Part shown: piece by piece, positions 1 through 10,474 of the stretch
Layout of the letters: each line of letters opens with the position of its first letter
Numbering within the stretch: the first letter of the stretch is position 1
Notes under the pieces: model-generated
Seen by the model: the letters and a program-made list of their open reading frames with translations, nothing else
Told to the model about the DNA's origin: nothing
Database searches by the model: none
Assembly (NCBI GenBank): GCA_950097015.1
Contig: CATNEN010000001.1
Span: forward strand, 25,792,001 to 25,856,000
Direction of reading: 5' to 3'
DNA length: 64,000 nt
From: Macrostomum hystrix
Lineage: Eukaryota > Animalia > Platyhelminthes
Translations under genes and position numbers: made by a program

Positions 1-386
1 GAAAGTGCTTCCTGACTGGACACCACAGGAACTGAAGAAAATTGCCAAGGTGTATAATAAGCAAACATCGTCCATTTATTATCTGGACCTAGAGTTACCA
101 GAAAACCGCTCAAGGAGCCATTCGGAGACCTCGGAAAGTACTTGTACAACTGAAGTGAGCTCGAAGCAAAGTCGAAAATTTTCCTTCACTTGCCTGAAAA
201 ACCCAGACAATATTTTGCCAGCTCTCACACTGTTGTCAATGATTCTTGCTGTGCCAGTTGGCCTTTCGATTCACCGACTGGAGCCCAGCGGCCTGACTGT
301 CGAGCTTATCAGCCTACCGGGTGAATTGCTGATCAACATGCTCAACCTGATGGTTTTTCCGTTGCTTTTCTCCTCACTAGTGTCCG
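1..386 (+). CDS. SLC1A: Divergent SLC1A-family transporter copy 1, exon 1 (N-terminus, TM1-TM2; ATG lies just before the window)
   Basis: LPGELLINMLNLMVFPLLFSSLVSG matches the SLC1 TM2 motif (FPGELLMRMLxMLILPLIISSLITG); donor G|GTTCGT at 386/387, phase 1; start inferred from copy 2. Symbol is family-level only. Confidence 0.9.
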
Positions 387-694
387 GTTCGTGCTTGCTC
401 GTGCTTTTCTGTTTGATAATTTTTACTTTTAGCTCAGAACGTAAGTGAGCAAGCAGTCGAACAACAGTAGGGTTTGGGAGTGGGAGAAAGCTTCTACTGG
501 GAAGTGGGGGTTTTGCAGCCAATTATAAATGAGCAGGGTTGGAGGTAAGAGAAGACACTCTCTGAGGAGAGGGGTTGTTGCAGCCAATCATAAAGCATCC
601 GGGAGTTAGGAGCTCAATATTGCGATCTTAAAACGCTGTAAAAAGTGCCTAAAAGTGTCTAAAATTGACCTCTCACTTTAAATTAAAACGCCAG

Positions 695-914
695 GGTTGT
701 CTAATCCGAAAATGAAATCTATAAACCGGATTTGCGTCTTTATAATGGTATATTTCTTCTTTTCGTGCTTGGCTGCTGTGTTAGTTGGCATGATTCTAAC
801 GGTCATTATTCAGCCAGGAAACAATTACTTAAAGAAAGAACCCGCGGCCAGCGGCTACAGGACCCGTGAAAGCAAAAGCAGCGAAGTGCTAGAAACTATG
901 CTGGACCTAATTCG
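695..914 (+). CDS. SLC1A: SLC1A-like copy 1, exon 2 (TM3 and start of extracellular loop)
   Basis: CCAG|GG acceptor, GMILTVIIQPG...MLDLIR, donor CG|GTGCGT; phases join exons 1 and 3 in frame. Confidence 0.9.
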
Positions 915-1007
915 GTGCGTTTCGAATTTTCTGATTAAAATTTGATGTTAAGAATATATTCTAAATCATATCGAACCATCGTAAAATTCTCGCTGGACGA
1001 GAATAAA

Positions 1008-4000
1008 ATAGCAATCCATTGTTATTTCCCTTGATACCTTCTGCATGGAGCAGATTAGCAATCCAAATCCATTGATACCTTCTGCATGGAGTAGATTAGC
1101 AATCCAAATCCCTTGATACATTCTGCATGGAGTAGATTAGCAATCCAAATCCCTTGATACCTTCTGCATGGAGTAGATTAGCAATCCAAATCCCTTGATA
1201 CATTCTGCATGGAGTAGATTAGCAATCCAAATCCCTTGATACCTTCTGCATGGAGTAGATTAGCAATCCAAATCCATTGATACATTCTGCATGGAGTAGA
1301 TTAGCAATCCAAATCCATTGATACCTTCTGCATGGAGTAGATTAGCAATCCAAATCCATTGATACATTCTGCATGGAGTAGATTAGCAATCCAAATCCAT
1401 TGATACCTTCTGCATGGAGTAGATTAGCAATCCAAATCCATTGATGCTTTCTGCATGGAGTAGACTAGCAATCCAAATCACTTGATACCTTCTGCATGGA
1501 GTAGATTAGCAATCCAAATCCATTGATACATTCTGCATGGAGTAGATTAGCAATCCAAATCACTTGATACCTTCTGCATGGAGCAGATTAGCAATCCAAT
1601 TCCATTGATGCTTTCTGCATGGAGTAGATTAGCAATCCAAATCCATTGATACCTTCTGCATGGAGTAGATTAGCAATCCAAATCCATTGATGCTTTCTGC
1701 ATGGAGTAGATTAGCAATCCAAATCCATTGATACCTTCTGCATGGAGTAGATTAGCAATCCAAATCCATTGATACCTTCTGCATGGAGTAGACTAGCAAT
1801 CCAAATCACTTGATACCTTCTGCATGGAGTAGATTAGCAATCCAAATCCATTGATGCTTTCTGCATAGAGTAGATTAGCAATCCAAATCACTTGATACCT
1901 TCTGCATGGAGTAGATTAGCAATCCAAATCCATTGATACCTTCTGCATGGAGTAGATTAGCAATCCAAATCTATTGATACCTTCTGCATGGAGTAGACTA
2001 GCAATCCAAATCACTTGATACCTTCTGCATGGAGTAGATTAGCAATCCAAATCACTTGATACCTTCTGCATGGAGTAGATTAGCAATCCAAATCCATGGA
2101 TGCTTTCTGCATGGAGTAGATTAGCAATCCAAATCCATTGATGCTTTCTGCATGGAGTAGATTAGCAATCCAAATCCATTGATGCTTTCTGCATGGAGTA
2201 GACTAGCAATCCAAATCACTTGATACCTTCTGCATGGAGTAGATTAGCAATCCAAATCCATTGATACATTCTGCATGGAGTAGATTAGCAATCCAAATCA
2301 CTTGATACCTTCTGCATGGAGTAGAGTAGCAATCCAAATCCATTGATGCTTTCTGCATGGAGTAGATTAGCAATCCAAATCCATTCATACCTTCTGCATG
2401 GAGTAGATTAGCAATCCAAATCCATTGATGCTTTCTGCACGGAGTAGATTAGCAATCCAAATCACTTGATACCTTCTGCATGGAGTAGATTAGCAATCCA
2501 AATCCATTGATGCTTTCTGCATGGAGTAGATTAGCAATCCAAATCACTTGATACCTTCTGCATGGAGTAGATTAGCAATCCAAATCCATTGATACCTTCT
2601 GCATGGAGTAGATTAGCAATCCAAATTACTTGATACCTTCTGCATGGAGTAGATTAGCAATCCAAATCCATTGATACCTTCTGCATGGAGTAGATTAGCA
2701 ATCCAAATCACTTGATACCTTCTGCATGGAGTAGATTAGCAATCCAAATCACTTGATACCTTCTGCATGGAGTAGATTAGCAATCCAAATCCATTGATAC
2801 CTTCTGCATGGAGTAGATTAGCAATCCAAATCCATTGATGCTTTCTGCATGGAGTAGATTAGCAATCCAAATCACTTGATACCTTCTGCATGGAGTAGAT
2901 TAGCAATCCAAATCACTTGATACCTTCTGCATGGAGTAGATTAGCAATCCAAATCACTTGATACCTTCTGCATGGAGTAGATTAGCAATCCAAATCACTT
3001 GATACCTTCTGCATGGAGTAGATTTGCAATCCAAATCCATTGATGCTTTCTGCATGGAGTAGATTTGCAATCCAAATCCATTGATACCTTCTGCATGGAG
3101 TAGATTAGCAATCCAAATCCATTGATACCTTCTGCACGGAGTAGATTAGCAATCCAAATCACTTGATACCTTCTGCATGGAGTAGATTAGCAATCCAAAT
3201 CCATTGATACCTTCTGCATGGAGTAGATTAGCAATCCAAATCCATTGATACTTTCTGCATGGAGTAGACTAGCAATCCAAATCACTTGATACCTTCTGCA
3301 TGGAGTAGATTTGCAATCCAAATCCATTGATGCTTTCTGCATGGAGTAGATTTGCAATCCAAATCCATTGATACCTTCTGCATGGAGTAGATTAGCAATC
3401 CAAATCCATTGATACCTTCTGCACGGAGTAGATTAGCAATCCAAATCACTTGATACCTTCTGCATGGAGTAGATTAGCAATCCAAATCCATTGATACCTT
3501 CTGCATGGAGTAGATTAGCAATCCAAATGCATTGATACTTTCTGCATGGAGTAGATTAGCAATCCAAATCACTTGATACCTTCTGCATGGAGTAGATTAG
3601 CAATCCAAATCCATTGATGCTTTCTGCATGGAGTAGATTAGCAATCCAAATCACTTGATACCTTCTGCATGGAGTAGATTAGCAATCCAAATCCATTGAT
3701 GCTTTCTGCATGGAGTAGATTAGCAATCCAAATCCATTGATACCTTCTGCATGGAGTAGATTAGCAATCCAAATCCATTGATACATTCTGCATGGAGTAG
3801 ACTAGCAATCCAAATCACTTGATACCTTCTGCATGGAGTAGATTAGCAATCCAAATCCATTGATGCTTTCTGCATGGAGTAGATTAGCAATCCAAATTAC
3901 TTGATACCTTCTGCATGGAGTAGATTAGCAATCCAAATCCATTGATACCTTCTGCATGGAGTAGATTAGCAATCCAAATCACTTGATACCTTCTGCATGG

Positions 4001-5256
4001 AGTAGATTTGCAATCCAAATCCATTGATGCTTTCTGCATGGAGTAGATTTGCAATCCAAATCCATTGATACCTTCTGCATGGAGTAGATTAGCAATCCAA
4101 ATCCATTGATACCTTCTGCACGGAGTAGATTAGCAATCCAAATCACTTGATACCTTCTGCATGGAGTAGATTAGCAATCCAAATCCATTGATACCTTCTG
4201 CATGGAGTAGATTAGCAATCCAAATGCATTGATACTTTCTGCATGGAGTAGATTAGCAATCCAAATCACTTGATACCTTCTGCATGGAGTAGATTAGCAA
4301 TCCAAATCCATTGATGCTTTCTGCATGGAGTAGATTAGCAATCCAAATCACTTGATACCTTCTGCATGGAGTAGATTAGCAATCCAAATCCATTGATGCT
4401 TTCTGCATGGAGTAGATTAGCAATCCAAATCCATTGATACCTTCTGCATGGAGTAGATTAGCAATCCAAATCCATTGATACATTCTGCATGGAGTAGACT
4501 AGCAATCCAAATCACTTGATACCTTCTGCATGGAGTAGATTAGCAATCCAAATCCATTGATGCTTTCTGCATGGAGTAGATTAGCAATCCAAATTACTTG
4601 ATACCTTCTGCATGGAGTAGATTAGCAATCCAAATCCATTGATACCTTCTGCATGGAGTAGATTAGCAATCCAAATCACTTGATACCTTCTGCATGGAGT
4701 AGATTAGCAATCCAAATCACTTGATACCTTCTGCATGGAGTAGATTAGCAATCCAAATCACTTGATACCTTCTGCATGGAGTAGATTAGCAATCCAAATC
4801 CATTGATACCTTCTGCATGGAGTAGATTAGCAATCCAAATCCATTGATGCTTTCTGCATGGAGTAGATTAGCAATCCAAATCACTTGATACCTTCTGCAT
4901 GGAGTAGATTAGCAATCCAAATCACTTGATACCTTCTGCATGGAGTAGATTAGCAATCCAAATCACTTGATACCTTCTGCATGGAGTAGATTAGCAATCC
5001 AAATCACTTGATACCTTCTGCATGGAGTAGATTTGCAATCCAAATCCATTGATGCTTTCTGCATGGAGTAGATTTGCAATCCAAATCCATTGATACCTTC
5101 TGCATGGAGTAGATTAGCAATCCAAATCCATTGATACCTTCTGCATGGAGTAGATTAGCAATCCAAATCCATTGATGCTTTCTGCATGGAGTAGATTAGC
5201 AATCCAAATCCATTGATGCTTTCTGCATGGAGCAGATTAGCAATCCAAATCCCTGG
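1008..5256. repeat. 41-bp minisatellite (AGCAATCCAAATCCATTGATACCTTCTGCATGGAGTAGATT), about 100 copies, intron 2
   Basis: Direct reading; CTGCATGG at 1041 and 1082 gives period 41. Confidence 0.97.
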
Positions 5257-5291
5257 GTGCTTACAATACAGAGTAATCTAATAATAAATAA

Positions 5292-6657
5292 GTCTTCGAT
5301 AAAGTGTCAGAATTTTGTCAGAGCCACAGGCTAGAAATCAATATGCAAAAAACTAAGGTTATTAGCTGTTGCCCTGACCCATCAAAGACGGCTAACAAAC
5401 TATTTCTGCAGGGACAACTGTTAGATAGCGTCAAAGAATGGAAATTTCTTGGCTTTCACATCAATGCTAAAGGAACCGTGGATTCCCATGCCACAGAGAT
5501 TAACAAAAAATGTGGATACCCTATTCGTCTCTTAAGGAAATTAGCCAGCCATGGGGCGGTCAGATACAACCAGCTCATGCTGTACTGCACGGCAATGATA
5601 GAAAGCATAGCTCTGTACGCCTCTGAGGCCTGGGGGGCTTTTGTCTCGTGGAACCTGGGTCCTTGGGACCGCTGTCTTTTTGAAAGAGTAAACGTCAGGT
5701 GCTGTAAAGCCATACTACAAGCCAGCCAAAATACGGATGGCAACGGGGCCCGCTCGGAGTTAGGCAGATTGCCTTTATTATACAACATCCAGAAAAGAAG
5801 CATTTCGTACTGGGCCTCCATAACAAGCCGGCCGGACTCCATAATTTCCAAGTTATTGGCGGACCAAACATACAGTGATGTTGGAATCAAAGCAAAGACC
5901 AACAATGACGTTATGCTGAACTGCAGAGGCATTAGTCCTGCAAAAGCAATTGGAAACCACAGGAAAAATTTCGTTTCTCAGTTTGATACCCATTGGAGAC
6001 AAAGGACACAGAACTCAAGCAAACTAAGTCACTTCTATTACTCCTATTACTTATATTATTACTTATATTACTTACTTATTACTTCTATTACTTAAGTCAC
6101 TAACATTGCGAACTGCGTGACCGAAAATTCCGTATGTAAATAGATTATGTAGGAAGTGCAAAACAGAAGTTGAAAACGAGGTCCACTTCCTTTTTAAGTG
6201 CACTTGGAATAAGTATAGCGCAGCACGTTCGAAATTTGAGACGGAAGTTTCTGGGAAAACCCCCAATTTCATATCCTTAACAGCAGAAGAAAAATCTAAC
6301 TACATAATGGCTCAAGACGATAGGGAAACCGCTGAAGCTTTAGCAAAATACGGTACATCATAGAAATATCTAAAATAAGGGAACAGCTGCCCTGAGACTA
6401 CGAGATCTTACTAGCATTCAACAATAGATATTTCATATTTTGTTTTATCCCTGCCGTCCCTTGTGTTTTTACTGCTCTTATTTTTAATACCTTTGCTTTC
6501 CCTTCCCAGCTCGATATTTGATTCCTACTAAACTTCGCTTTTTATGTTGCTTTTCGTTGTTCATTTAAATGTGTTGTTAAAAAATATATATTAAAAAAAA
6601 TCAGCACCCATACACCCAAAAATCAGCACTCGTAGATGGCGTGCGCGTTTTAATAAT
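5292..6657 (+). mobile_element. 5'-truncated non-LTR retrotransposon (CR1/L2-group-like ORF2 C-terminus)
   Basis: ORF 5304-6095 has RT-thumb motifs (LEINMQKTKVI, WKFLGFHI, LYASEAWG, RSELGRLPL); CCHC-type RLCRKCKTEVENEVHFLFKC near 6142-6201; (TAA)n tail; 12-bp TSD AATAATAAATAA at 5280-5291 and 6658-6669; single-copy empty site at 62516-62527. Confidence 0.9.
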
Positions 6658-6723
6658 AATAATAAATAAACTTACAGCTTATATTATCATTTGATTCTCA
6701 CTGCATGAGGTGCCACATTTCAG

Positions 6724-6851
6724 AAACATTTTCCCAGATGGCTTACTTCAAGCAGCATTTCGCAAAAATAAATTTACTGTAAAATACAGCAATGACACCA
6801 ATGGCTTAGTGCAGATCGAGAATAATTATGTTGAAGGGATGAACTTGCTGG
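6724..6851 (+). CDS. SLC1A: SLC1A-like copy 1, exon 3 (TM4a/b, glycosylated loop)
   Basis: TTTCAG|A; RNIFPDGLLQAAF...NDT...EGMNLL matches RNMFPxNLVQACF...GMNVLG; donor G|GTAAGT. Confidence 0.9.
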
Positions 6852-6927
6852 GTAAGTTTTAAGTATCCTTATATGCTCAGTTTAATAATTGGCCTGTCAC
6901 TAAGCCGCAACCCAACCCCAATTTCAG

Positions 6928-7054
6928 CTTGCGTCAGTTTCTCAATTTTCTTCGGTTCGGTGATAAAACGCTTGTCAAATCACACGGGAGACCTGATTGA
7001 CCTGATGGTTGCCATAAACGACACTTGCTGCATGATGGTGCGGGTCATAACTTG
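6928..7054 (+). CDS. SLC1A: SLC1A-like copy 1, exon 4 (TM4c-TM5)
   Basis: TTTCAG|CT; ACVSFSIFFGSVI...MMVRVITW; donor TG|GTGAGT. Confidence 0.88.
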
Positions 7055-7090
7055 GTGAGTCCTCGGTGCAATCTCATGACCAAAAAAGCA

Positions 7091-8686
7091 ACTGACCCAA
7101 TCTCTAACTGACCCATCTCTAACTGACCCAATCTATAACTGACACAATCTCTAACTGACCCAATCTCTATCTGACCCAATCTCTATCTGACCCAATCTCT
7201 AACTGACCCAATCTCTATCTGAACCAATCTATAACTGACCCAATCTCTATCTGACCCAATCTCTATCTGACCCAATCTATAACTGACCCAATCTCTATCT
7301 GAACCAATCTCTAACTGACCCAATCTCTATCTGAACCAATCTATAACTGACCCAATCTCTATCTGAACCAATCTATAACTGACCCAATCTCTATCTGAAC
7401 CAATCTATAACTGACCCAATCTCTATCTGACCCAATCTCTATCTGACCCAATCTATAACTGACCCAATCTCTATCTGAACCAATCTATAACTGACCCAAT
7501 CTCTATCTGACCCAATCTCTATCTGACCCAATCTATAACTGACCCAATCTCTATCTGAACCAATCTCTAACTGACCCAATCTCTATCTGACCCAATCTCT
7601 ATCTGACCCAATCTCTAACTGACCCAATCTCTATCTGACCCAATCTCTAACTGACCCAATCTCTAACTGACCCATCTCTAACTGACCCATCTCTAACTGA
7701 CCCAATCTCTAACTGACCCATCTCTAACTGACCCATCTCTAACTGACCCATCTCTAACTGACCCATCTCTAACTGACCCAATCTCTAATTGACCCATTCT
7801 ATAACTGACCCAATCTCTATCAGACCCAATCTCTATCTGACCCAATCTCTAACTGACCCAATCTCTATCTGACCCAATCTCTAACTGACCCAATCTCTAA
7901 CTGACCCATCTCTAACTGACCCATCTCTAACTGACCCAATCTCTAACTGACCCATCTCTAACTGACCCATCTCTAACTGACCCATCTCTATCTGACCCAT
8001 CTCTAACTGACCCATCTCTATCTGACCCAATCTCTATCTGACCCAATCTCTAACTGACCCATCTCTAACTGACCCATCTCTAACTGACCCAATCTCTAAC
8101 TGACCCATCTCTAACTGACCCATCTCTAACTGACCCATCTCTATCTGACCCATCTCTAACTGACCCAATCTCTATCTGACCCAATCTCTAACTGACCCAA
8201 TCTCTATCTGACCCAATCTCTAACTGACCCAATCTCTAACTGACCCATCTCTAACTGACCCATCTCTAACTGACCCAATCTCTAACTGACCCATCTCTAA
8301 CTGACCCATCTCTAACTGACCCATCTCTATCTGACCCATCTCTAACTGACCCATCTCTAACTGACCCATCTCTAACTGACCCATCTCTATCTGACCCATC
8401 TCTAACTGACCCATCTCTATCTGACCCATCTCTATCTGACCCATCTCTAACTGACCCAATCTCTATCTGACCCAATCTCTAACTGACCCAATCTCTATCT
8501 GACCCAATCTCTAACTGACCCATCTCTAACTGACCCATCTCTAACTGACCCATCTCTAACTGACCCATCTCTATCTGACCCATCTCTAACTGACCCATCT
8601 CTAACTGACCCATCTCTATCTGACCCATCTCTATCTGACCCATCTCTAACTGACTCAATCTCTATCTGACCCAATCTCTAACTGAT
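7091..8686. repeat. 15/16-bp minisatellite ACTGACCC(A)ATCTCTA, intron 4
   Basis: Direct reading; about 100 copies. Confidence 0.96.
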
Positions 8687-8826
8687 ACATAACTAACCCA
8701 AACCACAACTGACGAAAGCGTATGAGTCGTGGAAAAAATCAATTTCAAACTTATCTCATTTCAATGCAACGTTTTCAAGGGTTGCCATTTAAACTTCCAT
8801 CTAACCTCTCACCCCACTAAACCAAG

Positions 8827-9270
8827 GTACACACCGGTTGGGGTGTTCTCGTTACTGATGAAAACTACATTGGATATGGAGGAATTGAGCAAGAAACCAT
8901 CTACGAAAAAGATATTTCAAGAACTTGGCTACTTCTTACTGACTGTGTTAATTGGCTTTGTATTGCAAACCTGCCTTCAGGCATTGTCTTACCTGGTTCT
9001 GGTTAACAGGAGTCCGATCAACATTTTTCTGGGCACCTTCCAGGCTTGTGTGACGTCTTTTGGCACCGCATCCTCAGCTGCCACCCTGCCGATCACTTTC
9101 CATTGCACTGAGGACAAGCTGGGCATTGATAAGAGAATCACTAAAATTGTGCTGCCCATTGGTACAACAGTAAACATGAACGCAGCTGCGCTGTACATCG
9201 CTGCGGCTGGTATTTTCGTGGCGCAGGTTTATGACATCAGACTTACCCCTGTTCGGATAATAGCCGCCAG
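8827..9270 (+). CDS. SLC1A: SLC1A-like copy 1, exon 5 (TM5 end, TM6, HP1, TM7)
   Basis: WYTPVGVFSLL, HP1 motif GTASSAATLPITFHC, GIDKRITKIVLPIGTTVNMN; AAG|G acceptor, AG|GTGAGA donor. Confidence 0.93.
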
Positions 9271-9281
9271 GTGAGAAGTAC

Positions 9282-9448
9282 TGTGTTACCTGCTAGACTA
9301 AAGTGTCACCTGCTGGGCTGGAGTGTCACCTGTTACGAGACTAAAGTGTCCCTCGTAGACTAAAGTGTCACCTGTTAGACGAGGGTGTCACCTGCTTGAC
9401 TTGAGTATCACCTGTTAGACTGGATTACCACCTGTTAGACTGAAGTGA
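9282..9448. repeat. Degenerate ~19-20-bp tandem repeat GTGTCACCTGTTAGACT, intron 5
   Basis: About 8 imperfect copies; same repeat begins at 63962 in copy 2. Confidence 0.8.
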
Positions 9449-9528
9449 CAATATCAATGCAAACATTGTTTAAAGACTCATCTCTTACTCAGTTCAACCC
9501 AGCAAAATATCGCTATATCAATCCGCAG

Positions 9529-9675
9529 CTCTCTAGCAATGATTGCTTCTGTTAGCACGCCTGGCGTACCTGGTGGCGCTCTATATACAATAGGAATTGT
9601 GGCCTCTGCTTTCGGCTTGCCGGCTAAAGAATTTTTTTGGATTTGGAAATGGATTTGGCCATTTGATAGGATAAT
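9529..9675 (+). CDS. SLC1A: SLC1A-like copy 1, exon 6 (HP2, TM8a); not in the ORF track
   Basis: CCGCAG|C; SSLAMIASVSTPGVPGGALYTIGIVASAFGLPAKEFFWIWKWIWPFDRI; donor AT|GTGAGA; in frame with neighbours. Confidence 0.85.
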
Positions 9676-10062
9676 GTGAGAGTCGCATTTCTCTTTAATT
9701 AAACTTTCTACGTAAGTAGCTCGTAGAAAGGCAGACGGGCTTCCTGTGCTTCAACGCTGTAGTATTAATGAATAAGCTAAGAATATTAAATAATAAAGTT
9801 TGACCAGCCAATATCCAAGTTCCTCCTTATCGTAGTACCCCTATGTACCCTAGCTCTAACGCATAGACAATCTATGCAATGTAGCATTTATTTTCTAACT
9901 CGTGGATCTCAGCGAATCTGAATGGATTAAGTCTCATTCTAACTGGTAGGTATCTGTCTTGCAGTGTTAGTAACAAGCGGTCACTACAATCACGTACCTC
10001 AAAAGCTGACTGACGAGTAAATAATACCGTGTCTGCACAAATTATAACCCCCAAAATTGCAG

Positions 10063-10205
10063 AGATAGATTCGGCACAGTCGTCAATGTCATGGGCGATG
10101 TCTTTTGTGCCGCGATTCTGCAGCACATTTGCACATTGGATGAAGAGAGCCCCTCGGAGATTCCGAACAGCGACATGGCTGAGGAGTTAAAAGAAATTGA
10201 CGAAG
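10063..10205 (+). CDS. SLC1A: SLC1A-like copy 1, exon 7 (TM8b)
   Basis: TTGCAG|A; IDRFGTVVNVMGDVFCAAILQH matches DRxRTxxNVxGD; donor G|GTAAGT. Confidence 0.88.
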
Positions 10206-10436
10206 GTAAGTTAACAAAAAAGAATACTTTTTAAATAAGAGTACTAGTTAACAGCTTCTTGCAAATCGTTTGTAGTCTTTGGATCTTTTATAAGATCAAA
10301 CTGTACATCTGTCTCATCTAGCTATTCGTCTGTCTGAGTATTTAAGCAATTCTTATTTTAATACATCAGAAACATTCTGATGAATACATAAAATGAACCC
10401 GATGCTTTCATGTAACCCCTGCTATTACATTTTCAG

Positions 10437-10474
10437 ATCCCACTGGTCAATCACCACGCGGCAATGGCATTTAA
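10437..10474 (+). CDS. SLC1A: SLC1A-like copy 1, probable last exon (DPTGQSPRGNGI*)
   Basis: TTTTCAG|AT acceptor in phase 1, TAA at 10472-10474; total spliced CDS 1662 nt using the copy-2 start. Confidence 0.6.

Noticed and set aside
62-94. ITIM-like IYYLDL in the SLC1 cytoplasmic N-terminus
   Set aside because: The motif is short and common by chance; no independent support.
5456-5932. Antisense ORFs over LINE, SLC1, RNF213 and Crypton coding regions
   Set aside because: Shadow frames of real or former coding sequence on the opposite strand.
8220-8475. MGQLE / DGSVR pentapeptide ORFs
   Set aside because: Antisense translation of the 15-bp intronic minisatellite.
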